From positions 4,840 through 68,839 of the forward strand of contig JAGGRY010000036.1 of NCBI GenBank assembly GCA_021159365.1: a stretch of 64,000 nucleotides of DNA, given 5' to 3'. Below the pieces are notes generated by a model, which had not been told where the DNA came from, ran no database searches, and saw only the letters and a program-made list of their open reading frames with translations. Below are positions 46,780-54,633 of this stretch, one piece after another. The stretch's first letter is position 1. Each line of letters opens with the position of its first letter. The position numbers were made by a program, and so were the translations under genes. Origin of the DNA: Nitrososphaerota archaeon (GTDB lineage: Archaea; Thermoproteota; Nitrososphaeria_A; Caldarchaeales; Wolframiiraptoraceae).

Positions 46780-47079
46780 TCAGCCACCCCAGCTCGATAG
46801 ATGATCTGGCAGAATTGTGAGAATCTTCTGCTTATTTCCAAGCCTAACTCCTACGACATAGGCTCTTCCCCTCTTTCCGAGGATCTCGCCTATCTTCCCA
46901 TGATATCTTCGATGAGGCATTCCCTTATGAACCGCTGGATTTATCTTTATGGCGACCTTATCTCCCACCTTAAATTCTCTTAGATAAATCTCCGGATTAG
47001 GGCCTTGCCTCGAGCCCTTCGGCTTCGTCAACACGTCCCTAGACTTATACCTAAATCCCTTTGATTTCGGCATTCCCAA
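46780..47079 (-). CDS. rpl21e: 50S ribosomal protein L21e
   Basis: MPKSKGFRYKSRDVLTK...FKVGDKVAIKINPAVHKGMPHRRYHGKIGEI pattern. Confidence 0.9.
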   Translation of the reverse strand: MGMPKSKGFRYKSRDVLTKPKGSRQGPNPEIYLREFKVGDKVAIKINPAVHKGMPHRRYHGKIGEILGKRGRAYVVGVRLGNKQKILTILPDHLSSWGG

Positions 47080-47130
47080 CCATTTTTAAGGTATAGGCGA
47101 TTTAAAAAGCTTTAAGAACAGAGCATCCGC

Positions 47131-47760
47131 TCAGCTTCTCGCAAGTTTCTCCTTAAACTTCTTGATGACCGAGCTTAATGAGGGTGGTAGTAAGTTCTCT
47201 TCATCGATCTCGACTTCCTCAATTCTCCTAGGAGTTCCCAAATATTTGAGTTCGACGAGCTCCATTCCCTGGATGGTGCTTTCTAAGACTTTCCTCCTAT
47301 GGATCCCTATCGTGGTTCTGACCTGAACCACTCTTCCTCTTCTATCAAGTCTAAAGACCTTAAACTTTAGATCTCTAAGCTTCCTAGTCTTCGCATAGCT
47401 TACTGGATCCACGACTAATGCGACGGCCTTCGGGAACATCATCTGATACCTCTTCTGAGTCTCGATGTCTATCGCCGATAGAAATAAGCTGAATCCCGGA
47501 TGAGAGTGATACCATCCAACTATGTATAATCCAGGTCTATTTCTCAAAACCCAATCCGCTGCGGCAGCTATCGTATTTTCATCTAGATAGACGAATCCAG
47601 AGGTGGCTCTCTGCGCTCCAGTTACAGCATCCCATATCTCTAAGATGTCATTTTTCTTAAGATATTTTCCTATTAGGAGTCCAGCGACTTCTCTCTCAAG
47701 GTTGCTCAAGGTGTGTTTGATCACTTTCCCGATTGCAAGTGGATAAATCCTCGCCCTCAT
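47131..47760 (-). CDS. JAB1/MPN/Mov34 (JAMM) metalloprotease, Rpn11-like putative deubiquitylase
   Basis: Upstream Glu (EVAGLLIG) and an intact JAMM motif HSHPGFSLFLSAID (H-x-H-x7-S-x2-D). Divergent from the Ub-like gene. Confidence 0.85.
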   Translation of the reverse strand: MRARIYPLAIGKVIKHTLSNLEREVAGLLIGKYLKKNDILEIWDAVTGAQRATSGFVYLDENTIAAAADWVLRNRPGLYIVGWYHSHPGFSLFLSAIDIETQKRYQMMFPKAVALVVDPVSYAKTRKLRDLKFKVFRLDRRGRVVQVRTTIGIHRRKVLESTIQGMELVELKYLGTPRRIEEVEIDEENLLPPSLSSVIKKFKEKLARS

Positions 47761-47895
47761 CTCAACTTATGTTAAACTCTCATGAGGATGGATTTAATGT
47801 TACCTATCCCATTCAACGAGGGTTTACCAAGTAATCTCATGGTATCTTATCGAAGATTTCTCCAGGATTCTTGTAGACTGCCTTACACTTAATAC

Positions 47896-47902
47896 TTATA
47901 TA
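47896..47902 (+). promoter_or_regulatory. TATA-like box (TTATATA) about 40 nt upstream of the Ub-like start codon
   Basis: Read directly. A GGTG SD-like element lies at 47931-47934. Located in the 182-bp divergent spacer between the JAMM and Ub genes. Confidence 0.4.
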
Positions 47903-47942
47903 GAGTGTATCAAAGGGTTTAAGACGGATTGGTGTAGAGCGT

Positions 47943-48179
47943 ATGAAGATAAAGGTTGTCCCCGCAATCGGTGGAGGCAGTCCAATAGAGCTTGAAGTTT
48001 CCCCAACGACCACGATAGGCGCGATAAGGGCGAAGGTATGCGCCATGAAGAGGCTTCCACCGGACACCACCAGATTAACTTATAGGGGTAGAGCGCTAAA
48101 AGATGTTGAAACTCTAGCATCTCTCGGAGTACAGGATGGAGACAAGCTTGTATTGATAACGAGAACTGTTGGAGGCTAG
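47943..48179 (+). CDS. Ubiquitin-like protein ending in -RTVGG immediately before the stop
   Basis: 78 aa: MKIKVVPAIGGGSPIELEVSPTTTIGAIRAKVCAMKRLPPDTTRLTYRGRALKDVETLASLGVQDGDKLVLITRTVGG. It aligns by eye along its full length with eukaryotic ubiquitin (MQIFVKT..ITLEVE..DTI..VKAKI....IPPDQQRLIF.GK.LED..TL..Y.IQ..S.LHLVLRLRGG). Confidence 0.9.
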   Translation: MKIKVVPAIGGGSPIELEVSPTTTIGAIRAKVCAMKRLPPDTTRLTYRGRALKDVETLASLGVQDGDKLVLITRTVGG

Positions 48180-48202
48180 GCTACATCAACATAGATTCAC
48201 TC

Positions 48203-48214
48203 AAAAATATTTTT
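48203..48214 (+). terminator. AAAAATATTTTT element (oligo-T tract) 24 nt after the Ub stop; possible intrinsic archaeal terminator/attenuator
   Basis: Seen in the sequence. Archaeal termination commonly uses oligo-T tracts. It sits in a 125-bp spacer before the E2 gene. Confidence 0.3.
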
Positions 48215-48304
48215 AGGGAAGATATATCTCCAAACAAAGATTACGTGAATATTTCGTGAGAATGATCATTAACGATCCTTTAGGTTAAGGTTAATTACCC
48301 GGTT

Positions 48305-48805
48305 TTGAACCTCTATCTAATGGCTTTGCTGGCAGAACTCCCTGAGCCGCTATGGTATAAGAGGCTCGCGATCGAGTATAAGCTGATACATGAGCATGAA
48401 CCATTATTCGATATAGTTGAAGGTGATTTAACGCACTATGAGGGGGTTCTAATAGGCTCAGGGCTCTATGAAGGTGGATATTTTAGAGTTGAGATAATTC
48501 TATCGAGGAGCTTTCCATTCGTTCCGCCGAAAGTCATCTGGTGGACTAGGATATGGCATCCGAACTTCACCGATGAGGTTCCGGCGAGGATCTGCGAATC
48601 CATCTTTAAGGATGATTGGAAGCCCCCTCTCCACCTGATAACGGTTATAGGGGCTTTGAGAAATCTCTTGAATAATCCGAATCCAGACGATCCATTAAAC
48701 ACGATAGCGGCGATGGAGATGAAGTTTAGGCCAGACATATTTAAGGCAAGGGTTAGGCAATATATTGAGCTCTATGCAAGACCTGAAAAATCGTTAATAA
48801 AGTAA
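48305..48805 (+). CDS. Ubiquitin-conjugating enzyme (E2, UBC fold)-like protein
   Basis: HPN motif (IWHPNF), candidate catalytic Cys in VPARICESIFKDDWKPPL, and downstream LLNNPNPDDPLN, the same order as in eukaryotic UBC cores. The ATG at 48320 is the more likely start. Confidence 0.85.
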   Translation: MNLYLMALLAELPEPLWYKRLAIEYKLIHEHEPLFDIVEGDLTHYEGVLIGSGLYEGGYFRVEIILSRSFPFVPPKVIWWTRIWHPNFTDEVPARICESIFKDDWKPPLHLITVIGALRNLLNNPNPDDPLNTIAAMEMKFRPDIFKARVRQYIELYARPEKSLIK

Positions 48806-48818
48806 AATAGATGGCTTC

Positions 48819-50042
48819 ATGAAATCTAGTCGAATGTCGGGTTCCAATGAGGCTGAGCTCACTGGTGAATTGCTGGAGCGATATGATAGACAACTTAGGC
48901 TTAAGGGATGGGATCAGAAAAAGCTGATGGATTCTGAGGTGATTATAGTTGGCGTGGGAGCGATAGGATGTGAATTGGCCAAGAATCTCACGTTAATGGG
49001 TGTTGGAAAAATAGTCTTGGTGGATAATGATGTAATCGAGTTATCGAATCTGAATAGGCAGATGCTCTTTACAGATTCAGATATTGGGAAACCTAAGGCT
49101 GAGGTAGCGGCTGAAAAGCTCAAGACCATGAATCCATGGGTGAAAGTTGAATCATACTATAGGGATGTTAGAGAGTTCGATCTAAAGTTCTTCGAAGACT
49201 CAAACGTCCTCGTATCATGCCTCGATAACTGGCCCACTAGGAGATGGTTGAACTCGCTCGCCGTTGAGCTCAATAAACCATTCGTCGACACGGCCATGGA
49301 TGGAATGTATGCGAATCTCCAGATAGTCATCCCGGGGAAGACCGCTTGTCTCGAATGTCATGGAGAGGAGCTTATACCGAAAGAGGTTCAGCTCGCTGAA
49401 TGTACCTTGAGGAGAAGGAAGCCTGAAGATTTGCTTAAGGATTTAAAATCCGAGGGAATAGATCTCAGCCTTGAGACTGTTAAGAAGCTATTCGATTACG
49501 GCATAAAGACCATATTTGACATAAAGTATTCTCAAGCGGATATACTCGAAAAACTTGACGATGATTTAAGAAATGTTGTCATGGATCTTCAGGAGAAACT
49601 TAAGCCTAAGATGCCGGCGCTTCAAAGCATCGCTTCCACGGTCGCTGGAATAGCATCAACAGAGATAATCAAGATCCTCCATGGAGAATCTCTAGGAGAA
49701 ATTCTTAATGGTTTACTTGTTTATGATGGATTCAACTCCAAGTTCACAATCGTCGAGCTTGAGAGGAGAGAAGACTGCTTTGTATGCGGAGATTATGTCA
49801 TGGAGAAAGGAGTGGAGTTCAAGGTAAGGCTTGAAGACACGATCATGGAGCTGAAGAAGAGGATAGCTGAGAGATTCGGCTTCCCAGATCCAGAACTATT
49901 ATATAAGAAGTGGAAGCTAAGCGATGAGAAGAAGGTCTCTGAGCTTGGAATCAAGTCCGGGGACGTGATCTATGTCGAGACCAGTAGAAGATATACGCCT
50001 CTCCCACTTAGGATAGAGGTTGAAGAGAGAGTAAACGATTAA
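48819..50042 (+). CDS. Ubiquitin-activating enzyme (E1)-like ThiF/MoeB/UBA-family adenylyltransferase with C-terminal beta-grasp-like domain
   Basis: YDRQLRL, Rossmann GVGAIGCELAKNL, SNLNRQ, Zn-site pairs CLEC and CFVCG. The C-terminal 80 aa (VEFKVRLEDTIMELKKRIAERFGFP...GDVIYVE) looks like a ubiquitin-fold domain. Confidence 0.85.
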   Translation: MKSSRMSGSNEAELTGELLERYDRQLRLKGWDQKKLMDSEVIIVGVGAIGCELAKNLTLMGVGKIVLVDNDVIELSNLNRQMLFTDSDIGKPKAEVAAEKLKTMNPWVKVESYYRDVREFDLKFFEDSNVLVSCLDNWPTRRWLNSLAVELNKPFVDTAMDGMYANLQIVIPGKTACLECHGEELIPKEVQLAECTLRRRKPEDLLKDLKSEGIDLSLETVKKLFDYGIKTIFDIKYSQADILEKLDDDLRNVVMDLQEKLKPKMPALQSIASTVAGIASTEIIKILHGESLGEILNGLLVYDGFNSKFTIVELERREDCFVCGDYVMEKGVEFKVRLEDTIMELKKRIAERFGFPDPELLYKKWKLSDEKKVSELGIKSGDVIYVETSRRYTPLPLRIEVEERVND

Positions 50043-50050
50043 TATAATGG

Positions 50051-50335
50051 TTGAGATCATATCGAATTGATGCGAGATTGGTGAGAAGGCTCATCCTTAG
50101 AGAACCGGTCTGCAAGGGCTTCTGGGATCCATGGCAAGCCGATGAACAGGTCCTAAAGCCTCCGGAGAGACGTAGACCCGAAAGAGTATGCCAGATATGC
50201 TTATCCGAGATAGAGGAAGGCGTTCCCTACATAGAATGTCCACACTGCGGGAACCCGATGCATAAAAGCTGTCTTGAGAATTGGGTAAGAGTTAAGGGCA
50301 ACGTATGCCCAGTTTGCGGCAGACCCTTACCCTGA
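50051..50335 (+). CDS. Small RING-finger protein (candidate E3)
   Basis: CQIC-x12-CPHC-x4-H-x2-C-x11-CPVC (C4HC3 ligand pattern). There is no in-frame ATG upstream of the finger (TTG 50051 or GTG 50081), so the start is uncertain. Confidence 0.7.
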   Translation: MRSYRIDARLVRRLILREPVCKGFWDPWQADEQVLKPPERRRPERVCQICLSEIEEGVPYIECPHCGNPMHKSCLENWVRVKGNVCPVCGRPLP

Positions 50336-50381
50336 ATTATACTTAAGCGTTAGAATTTTCATTAAAAATTGGTGATGAGGG

Positions 50382-50732
50382 ATGGGGGAGGAAGAGGAGA
50401 TAGAGATTCGACCAAGCTATTTGGAGACTCCAGGCGGGAAAAGGGTAGCGACTTACGAGTTTGCAATGAGCTTGGCGAAGGCCATAAAGATAATGTATGA
50501 GGATGATCTCAGTAAGCTTGAGGAGAGGGTGAATAAGTTGGAGGAAGCGGCCAAGATATTCCAAGAATTTGAATCTAGGCTCAGTAATATGGAGAAGTCT
50601 CTCGACGAGCTTGAAAGGAGGCTTGAATTAGATCTCGGAGATATATCAGATAAGCTTTCAGCGTTGATAGACGCTTTTCATGAGCTTGCAGAGAAGGTTG
50701 AGAGATTAGAGGATGTTTTAGCTAGGGGCTGA
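50382..50732 (+). CDS. Coiled-coil protein (116 aa), function unknown
   Basis: A heptad-rich acidic sequence (LEERVNKLEEAAKIFQEFESRLSNMEKSLDELERRLE...). A GGTGATGAGGG SD-like sequence precedes the ATG. Confidence 0.55.
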   Translation: MGEEEEIEIRPSYLETPGGKRVATYEFAMSLAKAIKIMYEDDLSKLEERVNKLEEAAKIFQEFESRLSNMEKSLDELERRLELDLGDISDKLSALIDAFHELAEKVERLEDVLARG

Positions 50733-51555
50733 GAAAGGCTCGACGCATATCCGCTAAGATCCTCTCAAGATTTCCTCTCCTCTCCTCGAGCTCCTTTATC
50801 TCAGCTTCAAGTCTACGCTTTCTCTCGGTTAAGACATTCAATTCTCCCCGCAGTCTGGTAACCTCTTTTTCAAGCTTTTCAGCTTCCATCTCCCTTTCTT
50901 TGAGTTTTGCGATGGCGTCCTTCAGCTCCGCTTCTCTCCTGACAAGTCTTTCCAGTCTTATCTCTCTTAGTCTGAAGTCCCTCAATATTCCTTTGGCTAC
51001 CTCCTCAAACTTGTTCTTCATCTCTTCAAGTCCCTTTAGGTAACGCTCCGAAAGCTCGTTGATCTTACTTTCAAGCTCCATTCTTTTATTTTCAAGGTCT
51101 CTAAGCTCAGCCTCCCTTAGATCCAGTTCTCTCTCTTTTTTCTCAAGTTCATCTCTCCACTTCTTTATCTCCTCGCGCATTATCATCAATTCATCTCTCT
51201 CCTTTCTCAAAGCCTCGATCTGACGTCTAACTTCATCTCTCTCCCTGCTCAAGTTATCGACTATGTCCTTGATTCCCTCTTGAACTGAGAGCAACGTGTT
51301 TTCATAATATCTAACTATAGTCAATTCTTCCGCAACCTTCTCCGCGCTATTGAGGAATGTCTCTAGCTTTGACTTAATTATCTCCGGCTGAGCTGCGACT
51401 TCTTGAGTTAGATTGAGTAAGTTCACAAGCTTATCCTCGATCCTTGAGAGAGATTCATCGAGCTTTGAAGATAACGACTCCTCCAGCCCACCGATCTTCT
51501 CGGAAATCGACTTCTCAAGCTCCTCAAACTTGTCCTTCTTCGTGAAGAGACTCAT
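50722..51555 (-). CDS. Long coiled-coil protein (277 aa), function unknown
   Basis: Nearly continuous E/K/R/L heptads over about 250 aa. Convergent with the previous gene and overlapping it by 11 nt. Confidence 0.55.
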   Translation of the reverse strand: MSLFTKKDKFEELEKSISEKIGGLEESLSSKLDESLSRIEDKLVNLLNLTQEVAAQPEIIKSKLETFLNSAEKVAEELTIVRYYENTLLSVQEGIKDIVDNLSRERDEVRRQIEALRKERDELMIMREEIKKWRDELEKKERELDLREAELRDLENKRMELESKINELSERYLKGLEEMKNKFEEVAKGILRDFRLREIRLERLVRREAELKDAIAKLKEREMEAEKLEKEVTRLRGELNVLTERKRRLEAEIKELEERRGNLERILADMRRAFLSP

Positions 51556-51666
51556 CTTCCCTCAAATCCTAGATTATGAAATATAAAAACTGTTTCCTTA
51601 TGGAGTTTAATGGAACTCTTATAAAAAGCCGTGTAGAAACCCTTCTAGAGAGGTGGAGATGAGAGA

Positions 51667-52398
51667 GTGATAGTCAGCCAAGAGGAGGTTATGGCCAGAT
51701 TCTATAAGGTTGGATCGACTGCGGCGGCGATCGGAGCAATACATATCCTAACCCTATTACTTGCTTGGTACGTTCAAACCGATGCAGGCTCCATAACCGA
51801 GCTTGCTGGATACGTTTTTCCAGAGTCGTTGATGTTATCGCTTATTGGCGGATTGATGGCTGGAATAGGTCTATTGGTAGGCCATATACTCAAGAAGCTT
51901 AAATCCATCAAGTATTCGATTGGAGTTCTCACCGTGATCGGTGGATTGATGGCGATCTCATCCCCAATCTACGTCTATCTTGAACGAATCTTGGCCTTAG
52001 GGATCAAAGGTTATCCAACCATGGGATTCTTCGCCGCGATCTTCACAGGAATAATTCAGCTCGGCATAGGATCTTTAGCCCTCTTAACGCCGATCAAAGA
52101 AGAAGTCGTGCCCATTTCTCAACCGCCAGCCCCGGCTCCGGTTCCAGCGGTCACACCAGCCCCAGCTCAGCCTCCGATTCCAAGAGCTCCCTCTGGAAGG
52201 GGTAGAGGGGCGACTACCAGAATTCTGCCGGCTCCAGATCTTGAAGAAGCTGTCTGCAGTATATGTTATGAGCCTATACCGGTGGGAGAGGCCATGAGGT
52301 GCGCGAACTGTGACGCTGTATTTCATAGAGGATGTATTGAAGCTTGGATGAGTCTTAATGGGACTTGCCCGATCTGTAAAGCGGTCGTCGTGAGTTAG
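51667..52398 (+). CDS. Four-TM membrane protein with Pro/Ala-rich linker and C-terminal RING finger (membrane-anchored E3 candidate)
   Basis: There are 4 hydrophobic segments and a linker PISQPPAPAPVPAVTPAPAQPPIPRAP. The finger is CSIC-x11-CANC-x4-H-x2-C-x10-CPIC, the same ligand spacing class as the small RING at 50051. The likely start is the ATG at 51691, after GAGGAGGT. Confidence 0.7.
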   Translation: MIVSQEEVMARFYKVGSTAAAIGAIHILTLLLAWYVQTDAGSITELAGYVFPESLMLSLIGGLMAGIGLLVGHILKKLKSIKYSIGVLTVIGGLMAISSPIYVYLERILALGIKGYPTMGFFAAIFTGIIQLGIGSLALLTPIKEEVVPISQPPAPAPVPAVTPAPAQPPIPRAPSGRGRGATTRILPAPDLEEAVCSICYEPIPVGEAMRCANCDAVFHRGCIEAWMSLNGTCPICKAVVVS

Positions 52399-52427
52399 CA
52401 TATATTTTGATGTAGCATGAAAATTGA

Positions 52428-53912
52428 ATGGTGCGTGGAGCGATGAGCCAGAGAAGTAAATATGAGCTGGTCATGAGGCTCGCGCTTGAGAGAGGCTTCT
52501 TCATGCCATCATCCGAAATCTATGGAGATGCTCCAGCGGGATTCTGGGACTATGGCCCACTCGGAGTCTCCTTAAAGAATAGATTCATAGAACTTTGGAG
52601 AAGAGAACTCGTTAAGAGGGATGATATGCTTGAGATAGATGGCGCTCAAATACTCTCTAAAAGCGTGTTTAAGGCATCAGGTCATCTCGAGAGCTTTGTA
52701 GATCCGATCGCTAAATGTAGTAAATGTAGGGCGATCTACAGATTGGACAAGTTGATCGAAGAGAAGACTGGAATCCACGTCCCTGAGCGAGCAAGCCTAG
52801 AAGACATGAAAAAGATAATTGAGGAACATGGAATAAGGTGTGGTAGATGTGGAGGCGAGTTAACAGACTTCTCTCATTTCAACATGATGTTCAGGATCGG
52901 AGTCGGCGTGGCCGAGTTGGATGCATATTTGAGACCTGAGACATGTCAAAGCATCTTCATAGATTTCATGAGAATCTATAAGACCATGAGGAGAAAGCTC
53001 CCATTCGCGATAGCTCAAGTTGGAAAGAGCTTTAGAAATGAGATCTCGCCCAGACAGGGGCTTCTACGAATGAGAGAATTCTATCAAGCTGAGATAGAGG
53101 TATTCTTCAACCCAAAAAAGGCGAATGTCTTTGCGAAAGCGGATCCCATCCTAGATTATAAGCTTAGACTGCAGCCGATTGGAGAAGATTCTGTTAAAGA
53201 CATATCGTGTAGGGATGCTTTGAACTCTGGATTGATTTCGAGTAAACTCGTCGCATATTATCTGGCCCTAATCCAGCAATTTTATGAGAAGGCAGGAATT
53301 CCCAGGGAAAAGATTAGACTCAGAGAACTGGATGAAGACGAGAGGGCATTCTACGCAGCTGAGGCTTGGGATCTCGAAGTCGAGACGAGTTTAGGCTGGA
53401 TAGAACTCGTCGCATGTAATAATCGAGGCGAACATGATCTGGGAGGTCATGAGAAGTTGAGCGGTCAAGAGATGACCGTTCTCGATGACGGCGAGAGGGT
53501 TTTGCCAAACGTCTTTGAACTCTCAATGGGAATAGATAGAAGCCTCTACTGCATCTTGGAGAACTCCCTACACCTCGTTAACGATAGAATAGTCCTAAAA
53601 CTTCCTCCATATCTCGCACCTATTCAAGCAGCGGTCTTGCCGCTCTTATCGAGAGAACCTTTCACCGATGAGGCCATGAGTGTTTACCGCTCATTAAAGC
53701 AGGATTTCGACGTGGTTTATGACGAGTCTGGAAGTATTGGGAGAAGGTATGCGAGATATGATGAAGTCGGGGTTCCAATGGATATAACGATAGATCATCA
53801 AACCCTAGAAGATAAAACTGTCACGATTAGGTTTAGGGATTCAACGATTCAGCTCAGAGTTCGAGAGAGCGATTTGAGGAATTTCCTAAGAGATCATCTC
53901 AAAGTTGGATGA
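52428..53912 (+). CDS. glyS: Glycyl-tRNA synthetase (archaeal/eukaryotic alpha2 type)
   Basis: 494 aa with class II motifs: FRNEISPRQGLLRMREFYQAE, and GIDRSLY in motif 3. Confidence 0.9.
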   Translation: MVRGAMSQRSKYELVMRLALERGFFMPSSEIYGDAPAGFWDYGPLGVSLKNRFIELWRRELVKRDDMLEIDGAQILSKSVFKASGHLESFVDPIAKCSKCRAIYRLDKLIEEKTGIHVPERASLEDMKKIIEEHGIRCGRCGGELTDFSHFNMMFRIGVGVAELDAYLRPETCQSIFIDFMRIYKTMRRKLPFAIAQVGKSFRNEISPRQGLLRMREFYQAEIEVFFNPKKANVFAKADPILDYKLRLQPIGEDSVKDISCRDALNSGLISSKLVAYYLALIQQFYEKAGIPREKIRLRELDEDERAFYAAEAWDLEVETSLGWIELVACNNRGEHDLGGHEKLSGQEMTVLDDGERVLPNVFELSMGIDRSLYCILENSLHLVNDRIVLKLPPYLAPIQAAVLPLLSREPFTDEAMSVYRSLKQDFDVVYDESGSIGRRYARYDEVGVPMDITIDHQTLEDKTVTIRFRDSTIQLRVRESDLRNFLRDHLKVG

Positions 53913-53957
53913 AAATACTTATAAGAGCTACTCCATAATTTATTGGTGGATTAGCTT

Positions 53958-54623
53958 ATGGCATTGCCTCGCGATAGAGAGGAAGATTTCAGAGTTACGA
54001 TCTTAACTCTAATACAAGATCAGATGAGGAAGGTGGTTGATGGATATAGGACTCTATTAAACATGTTGGAAGACTTCACCGACGGCGCGAAAACTGAGAA
54101 ATTAGAAGAATATTACGACAAGATATTGAAGAACGATGAATCTGCGAAGGAGACGAGTCTAATGATCGAGCGTGAGATAAATAATGTTGGAGCCCTCCTA
54201 ACCGATAGAGAAGGATACATTAGGCTCATGACGGAGATAGATAGGGTTTCGGACATAACTGAGGGAGCGGCATTTAGGCTCCTCAGCCTCAGCAAGATGA
54301 AGGCGAAGTTCGGGAAGAGTTTAACCCAGAAATTCCTCCAGCTCGGCGAAATAGTTCTAACAGCTCTTCTAAGGGCTAGAGAGGCTCTCCTCGCATCAAC
54401 TCTGGATGAGGCGACCTTCCATCAAAAGATTAAGGAAGCTGAGGAATATGAGAAGAAGGCGGATGAACTTTACAGAGTGATCGACTTGGAACTGCTTCAA
54501 AGCAATCTGAAGATAGCTCCGCTCTTATTGAGCAGAGAGGTCGTTGAACTAATCGAAGATATCGCAGATAGGGCTGAGAGGATCGTCGATATCCTGCGAG
54601 CGATCTCCATAACCGTCTTCTAA
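53958..54623 (+). CDS. DUF47/PhoU-like helical protein
   Basis: 221 aa all-helical protein with a two-repeat layout resembling the TIGR00153/DUF47 family. Weak assignment. Confidence 0.4.
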   Translation: MALPRDREEDFRVTILTLIQDQMRKVVDGYRTLLNMLEDFTDGAKTEKLEEYYDKILKNDESAKETSLMIEREINNVGALLTDREGYIRLMTEIDRVSDITEGAAFRLLSLSKMKAKFGKSLTQKFLQLGEIVLTALLRAREALLASTLDEATFHQKIKEAEEYEKKADELYRVIDLELLQSNLKIAPLLLSREVVELIEDIADRAERIVDILRAISITVF

Positions 54624-54633
54624 GGAGAAGGCC

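Noticed and set aside
47837-48120. Minus-strand ORFs (47837-48070, 47896-48120) antisense to the ubiquitin-like gene
   Set aside because: The + strand product aligns with ubiquitin end to end. The antisense products have no features.
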